In this document: positions 40,589 to 49,700 of the stretch, piece by piece
Layout: each line of letters starts with the position of its first letter
Numbering within the stretch: position 1 is the stretch's first letter
Assembly: GCA_965216875.1 (NCBI GenBank)
Contig: OZ244207.1
Coordinates: forward strand, 7,744,001 to 7,808,000
Direction of reading: 5' to 3'
From: Rubripirellula sp.
GTDB taxonomy: Bacteria > Planctomycetota > Planctomycetia > Pirellulales > Pirellulaceae
DNA length: 64,000 nucleotides
Program-made: the position numbers and the translations under genes
The notes under the pieces: model-generated
The model's database searches: none
Told to the model about the DNA's origin: nothing
What the model saw: the letters and a program-made list of their open reading frames with translations, nothing else

Positions 40589-40766
40589 CCAGCCCTGAGC
40601 TTTTCTCCAACTGCCATCCGCAAAGTCACGAAGCGCTTTGGCGAGAAGTCTTTGCGATGTGGTGCGAGTGTTGGCCGAACCACGAACCTGGAACCACACT
40701 CTTTTTCATGCGATCGGCCGCGGAATGAAAAGCGAGACCACGCGAGCGGACGATGTGTTGTTTTGG

Positions 40767-41444
40767 CTACCGCAATTTCGCGCGTCTCCCTCCCCTCGAG
40801 ACAAGCAATCCCTCAATGCGCGTGCGGGCGTCACTTTGGACTTTGTGTATGTCAAGAACATCTAGCGGAGTAAAACCGTGGAAGTCACCGGCGTTCACGT
40901 CGCATCCGCTTTCAATCAACACCCTCGTAACGTCATAGTCTAATCCGTGGACTGCAATACCTAACGGTGTGAGCCCCGCTTCCAAGCCCTCCCCGTTTCT
41001 TGTCTCGTCGGTAGACTCAGTTGTTAAACACTGAAGTAGCCGGGCACCACCGGCGTCTAAGGGCTTCCCAACCTGTTGCTTAACGAAGTCCAAAATCGGC
41101 GTCCCACCCTCATCGTCCCTGTCGTCCAGATTAGCTCCGACTCCGATAAGAAAGAAACAAGCAGCGTACGCGTCGCAGGAAATAGCCATGGACACGGCCC
41201 CTACGTCGAACTTTGACTTTGAATTCCAATCAACTCCGCACTTTGAAAGGACAGCGAGCGAGTGCATTGCTCTGAGCTCATCGTCATCGTCGAGTGCACG
41301 CTCGAGTGCACGCCCAATCAACTGAAAGTCCAGTGACTCGCCTGACAGCATGTGCCCGGTACCCAACGCGATATCATGGGCGCGCAGCTGCTCTGACAAC
41401 TGTTTGCTGCAATCCAGACAGAAGCTATCTACGTCAATACTCAT
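40767..41444 (-). CDS. Ankyrin-repeat protein
   Basis: GGTPI, GLTPL.IA...LIESGCDVNAGD..GFTPL. Confidence 0.8.
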   Translation of the reverse strand: MSIDVDSFCLDCSKQLSEQLRAHDIALGTGHMLSGESLDFQLIGRALERALDDDDELRAMHSLAVLSKCGVDWNSKSKFDVGAVSMAISCDAYAACFFLIGVGANLDDRDDEGGTPILDFVKQQVGKPLDAGGARLLQCLTTESTDETRNGEGLEAGLTPLGIAVHGLDYDVTRVLIESGCDVNAGDFHGFTPLDVLDIHKVQSDARTRIEGLLVSRGGRRAKLR

Positions 41445-41550
41445 CGACTCAAGTCGTTTGCACGGCAGTAACGGTTTATTTGAGCACCCTGGCACACTGC
41501 CCCGCGTTTAAGTGACTCTTCGTAATACGCCCGATCACGTACGCACCCAC

Positions 41551-41584
41551 AAAAAGTACATAAAGCTCTCAGGGAGCGAAACTG
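41551..41584. repeat. 34-bp imperfect direct repeat, copy 2
   Basis: AAAAAGTACATAAAGCTCTCAGGGAGCGAAACTG. Confidence 0.8.
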
Positions 41585-41733
41585 TCTTCGCCCAGTGTTT
41601 CGAATGCCGATCCTGACCGCACCTTGGAACGGTGCGATGGATCTGTACAGAACTTGAAGTCTGGTGAGGATGGGCCAAAATGCGCTTTCGGTAAGTGAGT
41701 TCGGTACGGCCACTTTTCGCGGGGGCATCGGGC

Positions 41734-42807
41734 ATGCAGAGCAAGGTGTATTTGGGGCATTTGTCCGATCTGCACATCGGCGGGAATGCGTATAAGAATC
41801 GGATCCACACGAGCAATTGGTGGGTCGTCAAACATTTGCAGAGCGACAATCCACACGACGACGACCTCGCCAGTGCACTGAGCGACGTTTGGTCAGGCCC
41901 TCGGAGCATTCGGAATCGTTTCAAGATCCCCCGAGAGGTAGCCATACCAGTTGCGATCAGCGGCGATCTGACACGCCGAGGATCCAACAGCGATTTTGAA
42001 CTTGCCAAACAATATGTCGAAGCGGCATGGCTCACTCCCCAAGGCCAGATTCGTGGATCGGGCTTGCGATTGGGACGCATTGAGTCGGGCAACTACATCG
42101 CGATACCAGGTAACCATGACCAATGGGACGGTCGGCCTTATTGGTTCGCCCCCGTCGCATTCCACCCCTTTCCTTTTCGTAGGTGGTTTCCGCAAGACAA
42201 CGCGCGGCCAATGGTGATGCAATCGCCGGATAGAACTCTGGTTGTAGAAGTTTATTCTGTCGATTCAAACTCGGGCCACATCGGCAAGGTGTTCCGTCCA
42301 GTTCAAGGCGGCAGTATCTCTCGACACGAATTCGCAAGGCTACGTCGCAGTTTCGATCGGTCCTCAACGAGGAAGGAGCAAAAACGAGTGAGGGTCATTT
42401 TGTGCCATCACGGATTTGATAGTTTGCAGAAGACCCCAGGACCACTCGACGCTAGCTCTCGCGAAACGTTAATTGAACTGGCGGCTGAAAAAGAGGTGGC
42501 CGTCATTCTCACCGGGCACACTCATTATGCAGATTGGAAAAAGTACGCATCCAAAGACGGAACAGACGTGTGGGAGATTCGCGCGTCAACGCCGCTGCAA
42601 GCACCAAAGAAACCACCGCCCAAAAGTGTCCCGTCAGCACCAAGGCCTCAACAAGTTGGTGCGGTGACGCGATCACACAGCTTTTGGGTGCATGAAATCG
42701 CCAAGCTTGATCACGATAGTGCCGTGTGGCGAGCTCACATGTTTCAGTGGGGAGTAACCGGTCCCGCATTCGACAACTTTCCGCCTATCCGAATCAGAAC
42801 GCTTTGA
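41734..42807 (+). CDS. Calcineurin-like metallophosphoesterase
   Basis: HLSDLH, ISGDLT, PGNHD, LCHH, TGHTH. Confidence 0.9.
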   Translation: MQSKVYLGHLSDLHIGGNAYKNRIHTSNWWVVKHLQSDNPHDDDLASALSDVWSGPRSIRNRFKIPREVAIPVAISGDLTRRGSNSDFELAKQYVEAAWLTPQGQIRGSGLRLGRIESGNYIAIPGNHDQWDGRPYWFAPVAFHPFPFRRWFPQDNARPMVMQSPDRTLVVEVYSVDSNSGHIGKVFRPVQGGSISRHEFARLRRSFDRSSTRKEQKRVRVILCHHGFDSLQKTPGPLDASSRETLIELAAEKEVAVILTGHTHYADWKKYASKDGTDVWEIRASTPLQAPKKPPPKSVPSAPRPQQVGAVTRSHSFWVHEIAKLDHDSAVWRAHMFQWGVTGPAFDNFPPIRIRTL

Positions 42808-42821
42808 ACTCCCACGTACGC

Positions 42822-43838
42822 TCAAGCAAAAACCTTGGCTGGCAGTTTTATCGGATTCGAAACTGGCTCAGGTGCAGCGCCGACAAGCGTTAGAAAAACA
42901 CGCACTTCGGTTTCGTCGCGGTTGGTCATCGACCGTATCAAGTCGACGAGCCGTTCCGTTCCATGGACTGTCGACTTGTCTTTCCTTGTCATGAGGGCAA
43001 TTTCGTCTGAGTTGATTGCATAGCAAATCGCATTGTCCAACGCGTCAGCGAGTTTCGGGTAGTCTCTCCAAAGCACAAGCTCGGGCTCGATTGGAAGGGT
43101 TCTTACCCTTTCGAGTTCTTCGCTCGAGGGTTTGGTCGGGATTCTTAGCGGAGCAGGTACGTGTAACTTCCATGTCAACACTGTCATGTGTTCATTCGAC
43201 GTGTCGGCATCAAACTGCAAAGGTGGGATGGCGAGTCTGCCAGCGCGTAGGTCGTCCGCCAAAAACTGAGCAACTTCGTTTGCATTGTGTTCGTTCAAAT
43301 CTCCGACAAACGAAGCGACGGCCGCCGCGATCGGAATAAATGCGTAATCGCTCTCATCCCCGGCACTCCATGAGATTCGACCAGGTTGATTTGAATGACC
43401 GTCGTTCCAGGAGATTCGAAGCCGTCCTTCTCCAGACGCTTCGACTTCAGGTGACGCCGTATTGATTAAGTTGCTCGCCATTCCGGCAAGCAACCGTTCA
43501 AGGAATTCGAGTTCGGATTCCTCACTTCCGAACTTTACGGAGACATTGCTTTGACTTAATCGCTTCGACAGTGCGCGCACGTTCGCCTCAAGACGTTCCT
43601 GAGTCGAGGCGGTTTTGTTTGCCCAAGCGAGTTGAGTGAGAAGCGTTTCTTTTCGTTCCTGATCGAGCTCACCTTTGTCTATAGCTTGGTTCCAGAGGCG
43701 CAACACAATCTCTTTTTGGGAAAACGTTTCGAATCCTTCGGAAGCGACAGATGCGATCGCATCCATCGCATTTGAGAGTTCCGAAGCGTGTTGACTCAAC
43801 ACTTCGAATGCATCGGGTTGCGTGACCGAACTTGACAT
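42822..43838 (-). CDS. Hypothetical protein translationally coupled to ECF sigma
   Basis: 338-aa ORF whose start overlaps the sigma stop (TAATG); no recognised motif. Confidence 0.7.
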   Translation of the reverse strand: MSSSVTQPDAFEVLSQHASELSNAMDAIASVASEGFETFSQKEIVLRLWNQAIDKGELDQERKETLLTQLAWANKTASTQERLEANVRALSKRLSQSNVSVKFGSEESELEFLERLLAGMASNLINTASPEVEASGEGRLRISWNDGHSNQPGRISWSAGDESDYAFIPIAAAVASFVGDLNEHNANEVAQFLADDLRAGRLAIPPLQFDADTSNEHMTVLTWKLHVPAPLRIPTKPSSEELERVRTLPIEPELVLWRDYPKLADALDNAICYAINSDEIALMTRKDKSTVHGTERLVDLIRSMTNRDETEVRVFLTLVGAAPEPVSNPIKLPAKVFA

Positions 43839-44374
43839 TATCTTTCACCCTCTTCCAACAGTTGCTCGATCCTTCGAATGAGCCTTAGTTTTCGTACTCG
43901 CACCGCACCAGCCGACTTGCCCAGCAACTCGGCTGCGTCTTTTGCCCAATGATCAGAGCCCTCTTTCTCTGCGAAGACGCGCAGGATAAGTCGGTCTTCT
44001 TCGGAGAGGCTCTGCAAATAATTGTTCACGATCTCGGTCTGCTCATCCGTTAACCGAACTCCCGCTAGGGGAGCTTCAGCCGGCGGGTTCGCATTGTTCG
44101 TTCGCCGCTCGCGAATGAGGTCAATCGCGACGTTTCGAACGATGATGTAAAACCAAGTTGAAAGTGCCGAGAGCTCAGGGTTGAATCGATGGCGGTTCAG
44201 CCAGAGTCGCTCCAATCCAATCGAGATCGCATCTTCGATGTCCTCGTTGCTCAGGCTTGAACCGAATCGCTGCTTCAGTTTGCTTTGGGTTTGTGGACCC
44301 AAGCTGCTTCGGATCATTGCGAGGCATTGTTGGTCTCCATCTACTAACCGCTGAGCTAATTCGTTCTTTTCCAT
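43838..44374 (-). CDS. ECF sigma factor
   Basis: DIEDAI...LW, LSTWFY.IVRN.AID..R, LSEEDR.IL, A.LLG.S.GAVRVR. Confidence 0.85.
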   Translation of the reverse strand: MEKNELAQRLVDGDQQCLAMIRSSLGPQTQSKLKQRFGSSLSNEDIEDAISIGLERLWLNRHRFNPELSALSTWFYIIVRNVAIDLIRERRTNNANPPAEAPLAGVRLTDEQTEIVNNYLQSLSEEDRLILRVFAEKEGSDHWAKDAAELLGKSAGAVRVRKLRLIRRIEQLLEEGER

Positions 44375-44668
44375 GAAGCCACCAAACATGCTGAGCATGC
44401 TCTCTACCCCGTTATACGAGTCGCCGTTACAACTCTCGGACAACGGCATGGGGGTTGGTGTAAGTTGTTTTGCAGCAACAGGTTACGCCCTGGTTGCCTG
44501 GCGTGTTTTTAAGATGTCTCGATTGCATCCCCACAGTTTATCAGCCAGCGATGGTGCGTTTGCGTTGCAAACAACTCCGTCGGGTTCGCTGCTGCGAAGC
44601 ATCGCTTGGGCACTCTAGACTAAAACAGTGACCATTCCATCCCGCCCCAATTTCTGTTGAATTTCACG

Positions 44669-45112
44669 ATGAACACGCTGCGTCCGCTCGGTCTGTCCCT
44701 TTTCGCTACGTTGTCTTTGGTAGCTGGTAGCACAGTGCACGCCGACGACCTCGAACTGTTTCAGGGGAAATGGGAGATGCGGGGGACCAGTGGCGACAGA
44801 CCTGTACGTGTGCTGAAAACCATCGAGGGCAAGAAAGAAACGGTTGAGCTCTACGTCGACGGCAAGCTTCAGCAGCGGCATCACGTCGACATCGAACTGA
44901 AGTCCTTCGGTCCGGCCAAAGTTTTCCAGTGGAAGAATGGACGCATCACAGCAGGGCCTCGCGCTGGCCAAAAACTGGGTGACGGACGCTTCCTCTACAA
45001 AATCGATGGCAAGAAATTGATCGGCATTCATGGAATGCTCGACGGTGACAAGCAAGATGTGCTCCGAGAAGTCTACATTCGCATCAGCGATCCGCCCCGC
45101 AATGCAACGTAG
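44669..45112 (+). CDS. Secreted hypothetical protein
   Basis: Signal peptide ending VHA; DLELFQGKW lipocalin-like start. Confidence 0.7.
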   Translation: MNTLRPLGLSLFATLSLVAGSTVHADDLELFQGKWEMRGTSGDRPVRVLKTIEGKKETVELYVDGKLQQRHHVDIELKSFGPAKVFQWKNGRITAGPRAGQKLGDGRFLYKIDGKKLIGIHGMLDGDKQDVLREVYIRISDPPRNAT

Positions 45113-45172
45113 TGAACTCAATGCAAGGTTCCTCGTTTTCTATCATGATTGACCACTTGGTGTCGTAGTCGA

Positions 45173-45577
45173 ATGACCGAGAAAAAAGAAAACTCGACGA
45201 TCGAGTTGCTTGCGATCACGTTGTGTCTGACCGTTTGCTTGGTCGGTTTTTCCGTTCGCTGGTCAAGAGTCACGTGGGTGGATGGTTCCCCTTGGGTTTT
45301 TGTTCCGCTGCTGCTTGCGACGTTTTACGCGGCGTCACGTTGGAGTGGCTTCGATATCTTGCCGCTGCTTGAAAAGCGGTTTGGCAAAACAAAGTTGCGA
45401 TTGTTCGTTCTTGCCGCAATGTGTGTTGTTCTTCTCGCAGTAATGGAACCATTAGCACTGTTTGTCATTCCTCTTTTTGCATTGATCGCCTGGTGGTTCT
45501 ACCGACAATTCGCGCGGGCCGAAGAGATTACCGAAGCCCAGCGAGTGGAGCGGCGCAAGAGTCGCGAAGGCAAATAG
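45173..45577 (+). CDS. Membrane hypothetical protein
   Basis: About 4 TM segments. Confidence 0.55.
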   Translation: MTEKKENSTIELLAITLCLTVCLVGFSVRWSRVTWVDGSPWVFVPLLLATFYAASRWSGFDILPLLEKRFGKTKLRLFVLAAMCVVLLAVMEPLALFVIPLFALIAWWFYRQFARAEEITEAQRVERRKSREGK

Positions 45578-45588
45578 CGGTCGGAACG

Positions 45589-45813
45589 ATGTACTACGGA
45601 ACAAACGAATCCGATTTGGTTCAGCCGACCGCAGAAGAGCGAGAGATGATCTCTGCTGCAAAGTCACGGCTCGAGAAGCAACGGGCTTCGCATGTGAGCC
45701 AAGCTCCCGCGGAGACGACGTTTTCTCTGGTGGGTCTGTTGATGGCTGTGGGCGTGTTCGCAGCGATTGCGGTCCCTTTTGCAATCCTGGTCTGGTTCGT
45801 ACTGGCGATATAG
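45589..45813 (+). CDS. Small membrane hypothetical protein
   Basis: ATG 11 bp after the previous stop; C-terminal TM. Confidence 0.45.
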   Translation: MYYGTNESDLVQPTAEEREMISAAKSRLEKQRASHVSQAPAETTFSLVGLLMAVGVFAAIAVPFAILVWFVLAI

Positions 45814-45892
45814 TGCTTTTTAACTTGAGCCTGCAGACGTAGTGTCTTAGGATGGGGTTTTCGGTTTCCGGCTCCATTTCGAAGTCACCAAG

Positions 45893-46738
45893 ATGATGGA
45901 CGGCACGAAGATGATGGGCACGATGATGACGGGCACGACGATGCACGGCGCGAGCGTGCGCTTTGTTGGTGTTTTGCTCACGCAGTTTGTCTTCTTTCCT
46001 GCGGTCCATTCGGTGATCGCTCAGGAGTCGGACAACACGGATCGGATGTCGATCATGCGCGACGCGATCGAGAAGATCGAAGTTGAATCGGCGAGCGCCA
46101 CGGTCGCAAAAACGTTTCGTGGGGAGCCGATTCTTCGCTTCGGCGATGCGACCCGCAAGACGTCCGACGGCGCGATCTGGAAACTGGGCAAGCACCGTCC
46201 AGACGCGATCGTTGCGATGGAGTTCACTAGCCATGACGGCCGACCACAGATCAACTACGAATTCCTTCGGCTGAGCGATGAGCCGTTTGTGATGCGTGTG
46301 CGACCCGGTTGGGTTTGGCAGCCCTTGGATCGAGCTGCCGAATTCAAACGATTGCCAAGTGCACCGACACCGGCAACCTCGATCGTGCTACGTACTCGGC
46401 AAATCAAGCAGCTCGCCAAAAAGTTTGCGGCAACCGAACTTCTTGACGGCGAGGACTTTCATTTGCGACTGATGCCGAAACCGATTGATCAGTACTACTT
46501 GGACGAATCAAAAACAGAATTGGGCGCTGTCTTTGCTTTCGCAAACGGCACCAACCCTGAAGTGTTGCTTATGCTCGAGTCGTCAGGTGACGGTTGGGTC
46601 TATGCGCTGGCACGAATGTGCGGTGCGTCCCCATCGGTGACCTATGACGGTTCGCTGGTTTGGCAATTGCCATCGATGAGCGAGATCAATGTGACGTGGC
46701 AACTCGGATACACCGGCGAAGCTCACCCGATCGATTGA
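45893..46738 (+). CDS. Secreted hypothetical protein
   Basis: Signal-like segment; DGAIW..G..RP.A, LRLMPKP, F.FANGTNPE; start uncertain. Confidence 0.7.
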   Translation: MMDGTKMMGTMMTGTTMHGASVRFVGVLLTQFVFFPAVHSVIAQESDNTDRMSIMRDAIEKIEVESASATVAKTFRGEPILRFGDATRKTSDGAIWKLGKHRPDAIVAMEFTSHDGRPQINYEFLRLSDEPFVMRVRPGWVWQPLDRAAEFKRLPSAPTPATSIVLRTRQIKQLAKKFAATELLDGEDFHLRLMPKPIDQYYLDESKTELGAVFAFANGTNPEVLLMLESSGDGWVYALARMCGASPSVTYDGSLVWQLPSMSEINVTWQLGYTGEAHPID

Positions 46739-46754
46739 TTCGAATCGTGTCGCA

Positions 46755-49700
46755 TCATCCCGCATTCGGCGGATCGCCTTGGTTGGATTCGAAGGCCGAC
46801 TCAACTTTCTGATAGCTCTCCAACATGGCATCGAGCTGTGTCTTGAGTCCGTTGAGATCGCGGCCGTTCTCGAGCGACTCGTCGAGGATCGGGCGGAGCC
46901 ATTCCTGCATGAGATGGAATTGTCCCTTGACCAAATCCGCAAGCACACGAGGCACTTTGTGTTGGACAAAGACTTTTTGGTCTGGCGGCGCGAGTGCTTG
47001 TTGCTCGGAGATTTTTTCGAGTTGTCGCGATGTCGCTTGCAGGGTTTCGGCGAGTTGCGATCCAGAGGCCGAAAGTGTGTGGCGGAGCGAATCAATGCGC
47101 TCGTCCATGCGCGTCTCCGCACCATCGCCACTTGAGGCGATCGCCCGCGAGATCACAGCTCGGATCGATTCCAGTCCATCCCGCATCGAGGCGAGTTGTC
47201 GCATCAATTGGCCGGCTTGGTCTTCGCTGTCCATTCCGGACATGCGGACGCTTTCGACATAGGCGTACTTGATCGAGTCCCAGCGTTCTTTTTCGTCGCT
47301 CGACAAGATGCCCATGATCTCTTTGAACTTAAGCACGTTGGCTTCGTTGTCCGTGGTCAACGTTTGCGCGTCTTGTTCGTAGCTGCTGACGATCAGTGAT
47401 TGCAGCTCCTGTTCGTTCATCACGCCGGCAACGCGTTCGGCGATGCGGTTCATGTTCCGGTAGCTACCTTGGAGCTTGAATGGCGGTTCGGTTCGGTAGG
47501 CATCCGCCTGAGCCGCACTGCGAATGTAGGCTCGGTTGACTCTTAGCACGACATCACGCACTCGCAAGAGTTTGCGTGTGACTTCGAACATGTCGCGAAC
47601 CTGATCCATCGAAATGTTGCTTTGCATTTCGATGCCTTCCAGCGAATCGCGTTCGGCAGCGCGAATGATCGCGCGAGCGTCTTCGGGTGGAGCGGTTGAG
47701 AGTGGCGCGAGCACTCGGTTGCTGGTCAAACAGTTTTCCAGATAGCTCATTTCGAATGCGTCTGCCGAGTCACCGATGATTTCGCCCAAGTTGTAGACGT
47801 CGGCTCGGTTGGACAACATGTCAGGGATTTGAAAACGTTCGCCACTTTCAGTGTAGGGGTTCCCTGCCATCACGACGGCGACCCGCCGGCCACGCAGGTC
47901 GTATGTTCGCGTGCGGCCATTGCGAACCCCTTCGATCTTTCGCGTCGCATCGCAAAGCGAAATGAATTTCTGCAGAAGCTCGGGGTTGGTGTGCTGGATG
48001 TCGTCTAGGTAAAGCATCACGTTGTCGCCCATCTCGAGCGCCAAGTTCAAACGCTCGATCTCTTCGCGTGCTGCTGCATTGGGAGCTTCGGCCGGATCGA
48101 GCGATGTGACACCATGTCCAATCGCAGGCCCGTTGATTTTCATGAAGACGATGCCCAACCGGTTGGCGACGTATTCCATCAACGTCGTTTTGCCGTAACC
48201 CGGCGGCGAAATCAGTAGCAACAAACCCATGCGGTCCGTTCGCTTGTCTTCGCCCGCCGAGCCCATCTGCTTTGCAAGGTTGTCGCCAATCAGCGGCAAG
48301 TAGACTTCGTCGAGCAATCGGTTGCGAACAAAGCTGGTCAAGACACGTGGCTTGAACTCGTCGAGCCGCATGTCCTCGCGTCCTTCATCGACGATGCGAG
48401 TTTTCGTTTCATGCAGGCTGCGGAAACGCGGGACAACGTCTTCGCGATAACGACGAACGCGGCGCAGTAGTTGGTGATAGTGGACAAGCATCGAACCACT
48501 TTGGATCACACCGTGGCTTCCGGCCAAGCCTTCGATGGACTGGGCAACCTCGGCATCCAACACGTTCATCGTGCTCGGACCGCCCGTCATGACCAACCAA
48601 GCCAATTCGTCCAGATGTTCTTGTGGATTGACGCCAGTCGGCGCGTCGGCGTCGGTCCCCTTGGTGTGGGTCGCAAGAAACGCGTCGGCCCAGTTGCGCG
48701 CAAGGATGAATGCTCGCACGGGATCCGACTCGGTCGTTTTGATGGCGGAGCTGAGGAGCTTTTCACGATCCACTTTGGGAATCGAGTCGCTGAATTCACT
48801 GTGCAGTGCCGCTGCTTTTCCGCTGACGACCGGCTTTTTCGGCGCGTGGGTGAGTTCATCAAACAGATAGGCTGCCATCCGCTGTGGTTTGGTGTCGGCA
48901 GCGAAGAGTGGTCCCCAGCGTTGTTGGTCCGCTTCGGCAAGCTCGGTCAATCGAGCGCGGAATTCTTCGGCGGGCCGCGCCGACGGGTAAGCTTTGGCGA
49001 GCTTGGCGAATCCGCCGATCCAATCGGTCATCGCTTTGCGGTTCTTTGCATCAAGCAGCTTGTAGAACCACAGCAGCGACGCTGTTCGGGTGGTGGGATT
49101 GTGACGCAGCAATCCGATGGAACGATCGATTTCGAGCAGCTTGGTGAGGATCGCGAACGCATCTCGGTCATGGACACCTTTGGCGTATCCTTCGTCAAAG
49201 CGACCGCCCATTGCTTCCTGTACCCAAGCAAGGTCAGGCATGTCGCTGCGATGTTCGGCGTGAAGGCGTTCAAACAGGTCGACCGCCAGGAATTCACCGC
49301 GATAGACGTCGCTATTTTCGCTGACCAATTCTTGGTTCCACAGATCGCGTGCTGCGATCAATTCGTCGTTGACAAGTGGTTCAAAGAACTGAGTGCCGGT
49401 CAGGTGTAAGCAGAGTTCGCCGCCGCGAAGAACGGTCGTGAGGTCAAGGGGTTGAGTGTTGACGGCGAAACGCTGACTGCCCAATCGAATGACGTCGCCG
49501 CCATCTTCGTAAAGGTCTTGGCGATCCTTGAGCTGTCGCGTTGCATCCTCGCGAATCGTCTTCATCCGACTCTGCAGGTCTTCGACACGAACGGCATCGT
49601 CAAGTTCGACGAGCGATTCGATGATGTCGCGAACCTTTTCGACCATCAGGTCGCCAGCAAAATAGGCTGCGATTTCGTCGGTCGATTCCATTTTGCGAAC

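Noticed and set aside
40531..44600. Intact prophage or integrative element at selC
   Set aside because: No integrase, transposase or phage genes, and no duplicated tRNA 3' end seen.
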